From a virus, in the IMG/VR virus record IMGVR_UViG_3300027111_000003: DNA of 42,874 bases; one strand, written 5' to 3'. A program made the translations under genes and the position numbers. The notes under the pieces are model-generated. The model was given only the letters and a program-made list of their open reading frames with translations. It was not told where the DNA came from and ran no database searches. Position 1 is the stretch's first letter, and every line of letters begins with the position of its first letter. Shown one piece after another: positions 31,436-38,259 of this stretch.

Positions 31436-33163
31436 TTGTCCTACAAGAACGCCTTGAAGTCCTCCACCGCTGGTGTCGAGGCCGATCCTCTGCGATCCGA
31501 TTTCCGCAAGTTTATGTGGCTGGTCTGGAAGTACATCAACCTCCCGGACCCGACCTCCACCCAGTACGACATCGCCCGGTTCCTCCAGACCGGTCCCAAC
31601 AAGATTTGCATCGAGGCTTTCCGAGGTGTCGGCAAGTCCTTCATCACCTCGGCCTTCGTGCTCTGGGTTCTGTACTGCAATCCACAGATGAAGATCATGG
31701 TTGTCTCCGCCTCGAAGAACCGAGCGGACAACTTCGTGACCTTTACGCTCCAGCTCATCAACCTGATCCCCGAGCTCCATCACCTGAAGCCCAAGCCGAG
31801 CCAGCGGTCCTCCCGCGTCGAGTTCGACGTCGGCCCAGCGGAGCCCGATCAGACCCCCTCGGTGTTCGCCAAGGGCATCGATAGCCAGCTTACTGGTGGC
31901 CGTGCAGACATCATCGTCTCCGACGACGTCGAGGTCTGGAACAACTCCCAGACGGTCGCTGCCCGAGACCAGTTGATCGAGAAGACCAAGGAATACTCCG
32001 CTATTCTGAAGCCGCTCGACCACGCCCGGATCATCTACCTCGGGACCCCTCAGACCGAGGACAGCATCTACAACAAGCTGCCTGAGACCTTCACGAAGCG
32101 CATCTGGCCCTCCCAGGTTCCCACGAGGGACGAGAGACCAGGCTACGGCGACGACCTCGCTCCGCTTGTCGAGGCGATGTACGAGGCCGGGAAGTACGGC
32201 TACCCCGTGGACCCCGAGCGGTTCGACATGGACGAGCTCATCGATCGCAGGGCCGAGTATGGCGCTGCTGGCTACCAGCTCCAGTTCATGCTCAACACGA
32301 AGCTCTCCGACGAGGAGCGCTACCCGCTGAAGCTCAAGAATCTCGTGGTCACCCCGGTTCCCCCGGTGAAGGCCCCGTACGACATCCACTGGCTCCCGAA
32401 CCCCGACAGGCTCCTCAAGGACCTCCCGCTCTACGGGATGGCCGGGGACAAGTACTTCTCCGCCGCTGGACACTCTGCCCAGTTCGAGGACTACCAGCAC
32501 CGCGTCATGTCTATCGACCCCTCGGGCCGGGGCAAGGACGAGACCGGCTACGCAGTCGGCTACATGCTCGCCTCGAACATCTGGGTCCCCAAGGCCGGTG
32601 GTCTACAGGGAGGCTACGACACCGAGACCCTCGATGCCCTCGTGGCGATCGCCAAGGTTCACAAGGTGCAGACCATCGTCATCGAAAGCAACTTCGGAGA
32701 CGGTATGTTCGGGAAGCTGCTGGAACCGGTCCTCCTGAGGGCTGGCGTGACAGCCGAGATAGTCGAGGTACGATCTACCTCTATGAAGGAGCATCGCATC
32801 CTGGACGTACTGGAGCCCGTTATATCGCAGCACCGTCTCATCGTTGACCCGAGTGTCATCGAGGACGACCATAACTCGATCCAACAGTACGAGGGCCTCA
32901 TCCGCTCGCACAAGAGCCTCTTCCACCAGATGACCCACATCTGCCGGATGAAGGACGCCCTGCGCCACGATGACCGCCTGGACGCCCTAGCGATGCTCGT
33001 GGGCTACTTCACGGAGCTGATGAACCAGGATGCCCAGAAGACGGCAAACCTCGTCCACGCCGAAGCTATGGCCGCAGAAATAGCCAAGCTGCATCTCAGT
33101 CCCCTGAACAAGCACTTCGTTAACTCGAAGGTAACTTGGGGAGGCAAGAGTGGCCTCATCTAA
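31436..33163 (+). CDS. Terminase large subunit (T7 gp19-like)
   Basis: 575 aa. The N-terminus DFRKFMWLVWKYINLPDPTSTQYDIARFLQTG aligns by eye to T7 gp19. Has Walker-A-like FRGVGKS and nuclease-half acidic motifs. Only TTG 31436 or CTG 31424 precede the conserved N-terminus. Confidence 0.95.
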   Translation: MSYKNALKSSTAGVEADPLRSDFRKFMWLVWKYINLPDPTSTQYDIARFLQTGPNKICIEAFRGVGKSFITSAFVLWVLYCNPQMKIMVVSASKNRADNFVTFTLQLINLIPELHHLKPKPSQRSSRVEFDVGPAEPDQTPSVFAKGIDSQLTGGRADIIVSDDVEVWNNSQTVAARDQLIEKTKEYSAILKPLDHARIIYLGTPQTEDSIYNKLPETFTKRIWPSQVPTRDERPGYGDDLAPLVEAMYEAGKYGYPVDPERFDMDELIDRRAEYGAAGYQLQFMLNTKLSDEERYPLKLKNLVVTPVPPVKAPYDIHWLPNPDRLLKDLPLYGMAGDKYFSAAGHSAQFEDYQHRVMSIDPSGRGKDETGYAVGYMLASNIWVPKAGGLQGGYDTETLDALVAIAKVHKVQTIVIESNFGDGMFGKLLEPVLLRAGVTAEIVEVRSTSMKEHRILDVLEPVISQHRLIVDPSVIEDDHNSIQQYEGLIRSHKSLFHQMTHICRMKDALRHDDRLDALAMLVGYFTELMNQDAQKTANLVHAEAMAAEIAKLHLSPLNKHFVNSKVTWGGKSGLI

Positions 33164-33200
33164 GACAAGGAAAGGGGAGACAAAAGTGAAGACAAGTCTG

Positions 33201-33230
33201 TTGACTTCTTCTACTCTTCTGTGCTACCCT
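33201..33230 (+). promoter_or_regulatory. Host-type promoter candidate P1 (TTGACT-N18-TACCCT)
   Basis: CTGTTGACTTC is shared with P2. First of three TTGACTTC elements. Confidence 0.4.
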
Positions 33231-33347
33231 ATCTAACTTAAAGATAACTTAGAGACATCCTAGGTTATCTTAGGTTTATTACTAGTTAGATAAGAGTAGT
33301 ATAATATCTTAGGTTACCCCAGAGGTTCCCCCGGAGATAACTTAGAG
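33211..33347. repeat. A+T-rich repeat cluster (interrupted inverted repeat and ATCTTAGGTT / GATAACTTAGAG direct repeats)
   Basis: CTACTCTT...ATCTAACT (33211-38) pairs with AGTTAGATAAGAGTAG (33284-99). ATCTTAGGTT occurs at 33267-76 and 33306-15. GATAACTTAGAG occurs at 33243-54 and 33336-47. Confidence 0.85.
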
Positions 33348-33441
33348 TGAACCACGAGTTCCCTCCGGGTTCCTCCGACGGGCTTCCTACTACTCTCTCC
33401 CATACTTGGTTTGATGTATCGATTTACTTTCCCCCAGAGAG

Positions 33442-33470
33442 CCCTCAGGAGTCCCTCAGGGACCCTCTGG
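33442..33470. repeat. Three helically phased copies of CCCTCAGG/CCCTCTGG (10-11 bp spacing)
   Basis: Copies at 33442-49, 33453-60 and 33463-70. This is the reverse complement of the motif in the array at 33850-33941. Confidence 0.85.
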
Positions 33471-33849
33471 GCTACCACCGTAGCCGAGCACCCCCAGAAC
33501 GCTCTCCACGGGCTCCTGTGGGCGATTACGGGGCACATGGAGGTGCACCCGAGGGTTACCCGGGGGAACCCCGCGACCTTTTTCTGAAAAATCTGCATCC
33601 CTGTATCATATATACCCACAACCTACAATCCCCCCGTGGCCCCCTGTAGAGCAACCTGGAGTGCCCTATACGGCACGACCAACCGGCACAGTCTCCACTA
33701 AGTGATTGATTTCATTAGGGTACACATTAGATGTAGTATCGGTTAGGGCCGACGAGGGCGGGGATAACCCCAGGTTTCCCGGGGTTTCCAGCCTTCTATG
33801 TCTATACATATTCAAGCCTCCGTGTCCCCTCCCACATTTTTTCCCTCCA

Positions 33850-33941
33850 GGGCAACCTGAGGGCACCCCGAGGGCAACCGAGAGTCCACCGCTCCCATGT
33901 CATCCGGTTCCCTCCAGGGTCACCGAGGGGTCACCGAGGGG
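33850..33941. repeat. Five 11-bp tandem units GGGYMMCCNGA (3 + 2 copies)
   Basis: GGGCAACCTGA, GGGCACCCCGA and GGGCAACCGAG at 33850-82. GGGTCACCGAG occurs twice at 33917-38. Confidence 0.85.
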
Positions 33942-34112
33942 ACTAACTATCTATCACGTTATGTTACACTCTGTAACAATTCACCTCGTAAAGCTGCTGG
34001 ATAGCAGCGTACATCCAACCAAGCATATATAGCACACGCGCATAACGCACGGTTCCAATCCTATACCGATGGCCCCTCAGCGCAGCCGCTCAAACTTTCT
34101 TCGATAAGCCTG

Positions 34113-34141
34113 TTGACTTCGATAACGGAGATATGCTTATC
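34113..34141 (+). promoter_or_regulatory. Host-type promoter candidate P2 fused to a family-A core (TTGACTTCGATAACGGAGA)
   Basis: The -35 hexamer TTGACT is directly followed by CGATAACGGAGA. A possible -10 (GCTTAT/CTTATC) lies 16-17 nt downstream. Confidence 0.45.
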
Positions 34142-34350
34142 TGTAGTCACGGTGATCGAAAGAGAAACCGGGCAGAGGTCCTCCGGGGTCTCTGAGTTCT
34201 TCGAAATCGATAGATGGTCTCTTTGAGTTACCTCAAGGTCTCCACCGGTTCACTGGGTCTCAACCGCTCAACCTGCTACGGCAAACAGAGTACTGAGAAG
34301 CTGGAAAACACGGCAGGACAACAAACCAAGAGAAAGCCTCAAAATAGGGA

Positions 34351-34378
34351 TTGACTTCGATAACGAAGCGAATACAGT
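34351..34378 (+). promoter_or_regulatory. Host-type promoter candidate P3 (TTGACT-N16-TACAGT) fused to a family-A-like core
   Basis: TTGACTTCGATAACGAAG followed by TACAGT. It has the same -10 flavour as the regulator promoter at 39906. Confidence 0.5.
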
Positions 34379-34707
34379 TAGACACAACAGAGCGGCGGCG
34401 GCAGAGCGCTAAAGCGGATCGGATGGAAACTCCGAGTGTTCTTTGAAAATCAAATAGGGAAGTGTGGACATGTCCAAAGCACGTAGTGCGGAGGGGCGGC
34501 CTGGTAAACCGCAACGGGAAACCGTGTGTCCACTACGATAACCCACGAAATGGCTCCCGCGTCCAAAGCGTCGGAGTAAGTGCAGTGCATACTAGCCACG
34601 GGTCTTAGGTCCATACTAAGTGTCCCGTGTTTCCATTACCTTCGATTGTCTTAGCCAACCGCAGCATTTGCGGTTCGTTAAAGCAATCCAACCGGGGAGC
34701 ACCTCAA

Positions 34708-34995
34708 ATGACCGTCACAATCAAAACCGATAACAAATGGAAAGACTTCAAGTACGCCAACGAGGTTCCGGCAAAGGTCCTCGCGTCACAGTTCGACCAC
34801 CTGGAGGACGAAACTGATGGTTTCATCCTATACCGTGGCCGCTGGTATCACCTTTCGGACTTCATGCGCGTTCCTGAAGGGGCGGAGGACTTGAAGGGCT
34901 GGCATGGTTACGCCGGTGATAGTTTCTTTAGTGGCGTCCTCATCAAAGTGAGCCGCGACGGCGAGCAATATATGATTGCCACGCATTTGTCCTAA
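34708..34995 (+). CDS. Early protein, hypothetical
   Basis: 95 aa from the ATG at 34708, 8 nt after GGGGAG. The track ORF starts upstream at a non-ATG codon. First gene downstream of P1-P3. Confidence 0.65.
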   Translation: MTVTIKTDNKWKDFKYANEVPAKVLASQFDHLEDETDGFILYRGRWYHLSDFMRVPEGAEDLKGWHGYAGDSFFSGVLIKVSRDGEQYMIATHLS

Positions 34996-35014
34996 TCTCT
35001 GCGATAACGGAGAG
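34992..35014 (+). promoter_or_regulatory. Family-A 23-bp motif (CTAATCTCTGCGATAAC|GGAGAG)
   Basis: Overlaps the upstream stop codon. Its downstream sequence GAGAGACACG is shared with family-B copy B2. Confidence 0.5.
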
Positions 35015-35026
35015 AGACACGCGATC

Positions 35027-35119
35027 ATGTCCACCTTCATTCCCCTCGCAAGTATCACCGCGATTACCCTCGCGGTTCTCCTCTCGGTTGGCGCGTTGGT
35101 ATTCTATGCCGATCGGTAA
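35027..35119 (+). CDS. 30-aa hydrophobic micro-protein (candidate)
   Basis: MSTFIPLASITAITLAVLLSVGALVFYADR. A single TM-like span, starting 13 nt after the family-A motif. Below the ORF-track size cut-off. Confidence 0.4.
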   Translation: MSTFIPLASITAITLAVLLSVGALVFYADR

Positions 35120-35147
35120 AGCACTCAAATCCCTGGAGATAACTCAG

Positions 35148-35480
35148 ATGGACATCGATTTTAGCACGGCAACTGCCATCGGCATCATTAACCGATCAAT
35201 CCTTATGCATCCGTCTCTTTTCAGGGATGCCGTGATGTCCCGCTATCAGGAGGACATTGGCTATGCGTCCAAGTCCGAAGGCCGCACCCGTCAAGCCGTT
35301 CTCGCAAGTGCCGACGCATCCCTTCGAGGATATAACATCGTGGCGGAGGGATACCAGATCGATGCAATCGACATGGCTTCCGGTATCATCCTGCTTAACA
35401 TCGCGTGTAAGCTCCAATGCATCCCAGCGTATGTCAGGACGGCAGCAGCCCTCCGCACTTGGCCGGGCGACGACGTCTAA
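35148..35480 (+). CDS. Early protein, hypothetical
   Basis: 110 aa from the ATG at 35148, 8 nt after GGAGA. The track ORF starts at 35088 with a non-ATG codon. Confidence 0.55.
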   Translation: MDIDFSTATAIGIINRSILMHPSLFRDAVMSRYQEDIGYASKSEGRTRQAVLASADASLRGYNIVAEGYQIDAIDMASGIILLNIACKLQCIPAYVRTAAALRTWPGDDV

Positions 35481-35500
35481 TTCCCTGCGATAACGTAGAG
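35478..35500 (+). promoter_or_regulatory. Family-A 23-bp motif variant (TAATTCCCTGCGATAAC|GTAGAG)
   Basis: Overlaps the stop at 35478-80 and is followed by a structured leader. Confidence 0.45.
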
Positions 35501-35581
35501 ATAACCTGTACCGATTGTCTTATCGGCCCCTCGGGTAACCCCTGAGGCGCCCATTAAGTTAATCCAACGGGAGCAACGATC

Positions 35582-35743
35582 ATGCCGCTTCACCTTCTGT
35601 ATGCCGAGGAAGAACTTGTCGCCAAATGGCAGCGCCATGCCGCCTACTTCTATGCGCAGTGGAAGGCGTGGGGCGACCGCGACCACCTCGCAGCGTATCG
35701 CCGGTATTCCCAGATGGCCCTGAAGGTCCTCACCGAGTGCTAG
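35582..35743 (+). CDS. 53-aa helical early protein (candidate)
   Basis: ATG is 7 nt after GGGAG. MPLHLLYAEEELVAKWQRHAAYFYAQWKAWGDRDHLAAYRRYSQMALKVLTEC. Not in the track (under 60 aa). Confidence 0.45.
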   Translation: MPLHLLYAEEELVAKWQRHAAYFYAQWKAWGDRDHLAAYRRYSQMALKVLTEC

Positions 35744-35816
35744 TGCGATTGTCTCTGATACACCTCGCGTGTCTCCTGGTGTTAACCATCGGGTTTCTCG
35801 CGGGTGAAACTGTGTT

Positions 35817-35839
35817 CTAATCTCTCCGATTGTGAAGGG
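35817..35839 (+). promoter_or_regulatory. Degenerate family-A motif (CTAATCTCTCCGATTGTGAAGGG)
   Basis: The upstream half is identical to family A; the downstream half has diverged. Confidence 0.3.
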
Positions 35840-35849
35840 AACCTATACC

Positions 35850-36341
35850 ATGCCTATCACCGCTGACGACCTCGTCCGCCGCGAAGTGTTCTATTGCGTG
35901 TCCTCGCTTGTCTCGACGCTGGCGCAGGGTTCGGGAGCCATAATCGGCGACCGCGACCTATCGTCGCTCACCGAGCAAGCCTTCGAGCTCGCTTGCCCCG
36001 TTGATGATTACGAGCGCGCCGCCCGTCAGGAGGGCTGGAAAACCGCCGACATGACGCCGGGGATGCTCATCAACGAAACCACCTACGGGGAGAGCCAACC
36101 AGCAGAAGCGTTCTACGGCACCTGGGAGGAGCTTTGCGAGCGTTTCGACATCGAACCCTATCAGCGCGAAGTGTTCGAGCACTGGATTGTCTCCGATTGG
36201 CTCGCCGACAAGCTCGCCGAGCACGGGGAGAAGGTGGACAAGGACTTCGCCGGGTTAACCGTGTGGGCTCGCACGACAACCGGTCAGGGCATCGCTTCCG
36301 ATAGCGTCATCGAAGCAATCGTCGCCGACATCAACAAATAA
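35850..36341 (+). CDS. Early protein, hypothetical
   Basis: 163 aa from the ATG at 35850. The conserved-looking C-terminal part is EVFEHWIVSDWLADKLAEHGE...VWARTTTGQGIASDSV. I cannot name the family. Confidence 0.65.
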   Translation: MPITADDLVRREVFYCVSSLVSTLAQGSGAIIGDRDLSSLTEQAFELACPVDDYERAARQEGWKTADMTPGMLINETTYGESQPAEAFYGTWEELCERFDIEPYQREVFEHWIVSDWLADKLAEHGEKVDKDFAGLTVWARTTTGQGIASDSVIEAIVADINK

Positions 36342-36361
36342 CCGAGGAGAGGTGTGTCCGA

Positions 36362-36550
36362 ATGCCTACGATAACGGAGACAACAGGTCTCACCACAGAA
36401 GCCCTCGAAGCTGTCATCGAGGAGCTCCGCGCCAACGATAGTCCCCTGGTGCCTGGGATAACCGTGAGTAACCAGCGGCGGATACCCGTTGTGGACTTCT
36501 ATTTCCCAAGGCTGTGGGGGGGCCCACCCCGACCTCCTCGTTGTCGATGA
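36362..36550 (+). CDS. Short ORF, possibly the true N-terminus of the following large protein (frame change at a G7 run)
   Basis: Strong SD (GAGGAGAGG) 9 nt upstream of the ATG at 36362. The ORF overlaps the +1 frame ORF, which is open from 36489. G7 lies at 36516-36522. Confidence 0.35.
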   Translation: MPTITETTGLTTEALEAVIEELRANDSPLVPGITVSNQRRIPVVDFYFPRLWGGPPRPPRCR

Positions 36551-36584
36551 CATCGAGGTCCTCGGCCTCCGGGAGGTGTCCCAG

Positions 36585-38216
36585 ATGATGTACGGGGTCT
36601 CAATCCAGCACATCTACGCGGATGTCATCCCCGACGAAATTCCAACCAACATCCCCGTTGATGCAACCAAGGGTCTCACCGCCGTGACCGAAGTAACCGC
36701 AAGTGCACCTATACCGTCCACCGTAGTTACCTCCGAGGGCCGGGTCCGTCCCGCGTTGCCCGAGGGCATCCGGTATTACGACGATACGAACGACCACATC
36801 ACCATCACGGATGACGCGGGGTGCCCTGAGGGTGCCTTCTGTGATGAGAGCACGTCCACGTATGCCTATAAGTATCCCACAGACAGTAATGTGTATCGTG
36901 GGCCGTTGTATAACGGCATAACGGACCCCTCACTGTTTACAGGCGGCCAGCGCCTCCACATCCTGCGGCATCCGACACACGCCACGTATTTTAGGAGCGG
37001 GGATGACGACCACCCGATGTTGTTCTCCTCCAAGGATAACGGCATGAACCCGTGGCACGGACACTCGTGGTACTCCACCCATTGGCTGCGCTGGATTGAA
37101 CACATGCCAGCCCCATCCAAGGATCACCCTGGGCTCCTGATGTACTTTCAGACCCCTACGAAACGCGCTCGCAACATTCGCACCCCCATCAAGCCCGGGA
37201 AATACCTCAAGAAATACTTCGGCGACATTCTCGGCGAAGAGGAAATCAACGACCTCGCGGTCAAGTGGTCCAACATGGCCAGCCCCGCGAAACTCTCGGT
37301 CACCCAGGATGCCGACGAGATCGAGAGGGTCTATAAGGGCAAGCACAACGGCTCGTGCATGCACTTCGCTCATGACAGCTACGATGGCAATCAGCACCCG
37401 GCTCGTGCATATGCTGGCCCGGACCTCGCCACGGCGTACATCGGGGCGCTGGACTGCGCGGACGCACGTTGCCTCGTGTGGCCCGAGAAGAAACTCTATT
37501 ACCCGAAGTTCTACGGGGACTATCGCCGCATGGAAGATGCCCTCCAGGACGCCGGGTACACCCGTGGTCGCGAGGAGGACTTCATTGGCGCTCGCATCCA
37601 ACGCCTCCCGTACAATAAGACCTTTGTGGTCCCCTACCTCGATGTCGGCGGCTGTGTCGAAGACAACGGGGAGTATCTGGTGATTTCCTATGACGGTATT
37701 AACTGCCGGGAAACCGAGGGCCTTGCCCATACCGGACGGACTTGCGCCTATGATGGGGAACGCTACCCCGCAGACGAGATGACCTACGTACAAGATTACG
37801 GATGGGTGGCGAACGAAAACCTACACTCGTGCGGGGAGTTCTTCGAGTGCTCTGTGGTGGGTGATTGGTTCTGCGAACGTGATCGTCGGGACAGTCCCGA
37901 GGATTACCCGGTGTCCAGCGCAGCAGTGGTATACCATTCCCGCCAGATATTCTACTGCGATGCTACCGAAATGTACTACCCATTGAACATCTTCAATCCG
38001 GTTCAGATGGCTAACGGGGAAACTTGGGAGCAGGACTACTTCAATGACCACGGGGTGACCTGTGATTTCTCCAGAGATAACTACCCGTCCTCTCAGGTCA
38101 TCTACCTTGACAACGGCAAGGTGGTCGCCGACGACCTGATTGACCTGGATAACCCCGAGTATCTGGCTTTTGCTGGCCTGGATGTCTCCGTTATCGAAGA
38201 GGTAGAGGCGGCTTAA
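36585..38216 (+). CDS. Large Cys/aromatic-rich early protein, unknown function
   Basis: 543 aa from the ATG at 36585 (SD GGGAGG). Has many Cys, Trp and Tyr and a GSCMHF motif. I recall no catalytic signature for it. Confidence 0.75.
   Translation: MMYGVSIQHIYADVIPDEIPTNIPVDATKGLTAVTEVTASAPIPSTVVTSEGRVRPALPEGIRYYDDTNDHITITDDAGCPEGAFCDESTSTYAYKYPTDSNVYRGPLYNGITDPSLFTGGQRLHILRHPTHATYFRSGDDDHPMLFSSKDNGMNPWHGHSWYSTHWLRWIEHMPAPSKDHPGLLMYFQTPTKRARNIRTPIKPGKYLKKYFGDILGEEEINDLAVKWSNMASPAKLSVTQDADEIERVYKGKHNGSCMHFAHDSYDGNQHPARAYAGPDLATAYIGALDCADARCLVWPEKKLYYPKFYGDYRRMEDALQDAGYTRGREEDFIGARIQRLPYNKTFVVPYLDVGGCVEDNGEYLVISYDGINCRETEGLAHTGRTCAYDGERYPADEMTYVQDYGWVANENLHSCGEFFECSVVGDWFCERDRRDSPEDYPVSSAAVVYHSRQIFYCDATEMYYPLNIFNPVQMANGETWEQDYFNDHGVTCDFSRDNYPSSQVIYLDNGKVVADDLIDLDNPEYLAFAGLDVSVIEEVEAA
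38184..38202 (-). promoter_or_regulatory. Inverted copy of the family-A core (CTCTTCGATAACGGAGAC on the minus strand)
   Basis: The exact 11-mer CGATAACGGAG lies on the minus strand, inside the 3' end of the 36585..38216 CDS. Confidence 0.35.
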
Positions 38217-38259
38217 CGTCGCCTCCCTCAAACCTATACCAAACTTAGAGGAGGCCGAC

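Noticed and set aside
30920-32500. 526-aa minus-strand ORF spanning the TerS/TerL region
   Set aside because: It is antisense to unmistakable terminase genes. It is a shadow ORF.
33442-33941. Short tandem repeats considered as a possible CRISPR array
   Set aside because: The units are only 10-11 bp, directly abutting or irregularly spaced, with no unique spacers of constant length and no cas genes.
33347-34032. 100-aa and 108-aa + strand ORFs (and a 101-aa minus-strand ORF) in the post-terminase region
   Set aside because: The translations are Pro/Gly/Ser/Arg-rich and of low complexity. The starts are non-ATG or lack an RBS, and the ORFs are built from the short DNA repeats. I treated them as non-coding.
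34187-34261. Four GGTCTC copies within 75 bp between P2 and P3 (two as GGTCTCT..GAGTT)
   Set aside because: The spacing is irregular (29, 21 and 19 bp). CTC-AAG-GGT-CTC-type strings are common in this genome's coding DNA, so I cannot separate this from composition bias without statistics.
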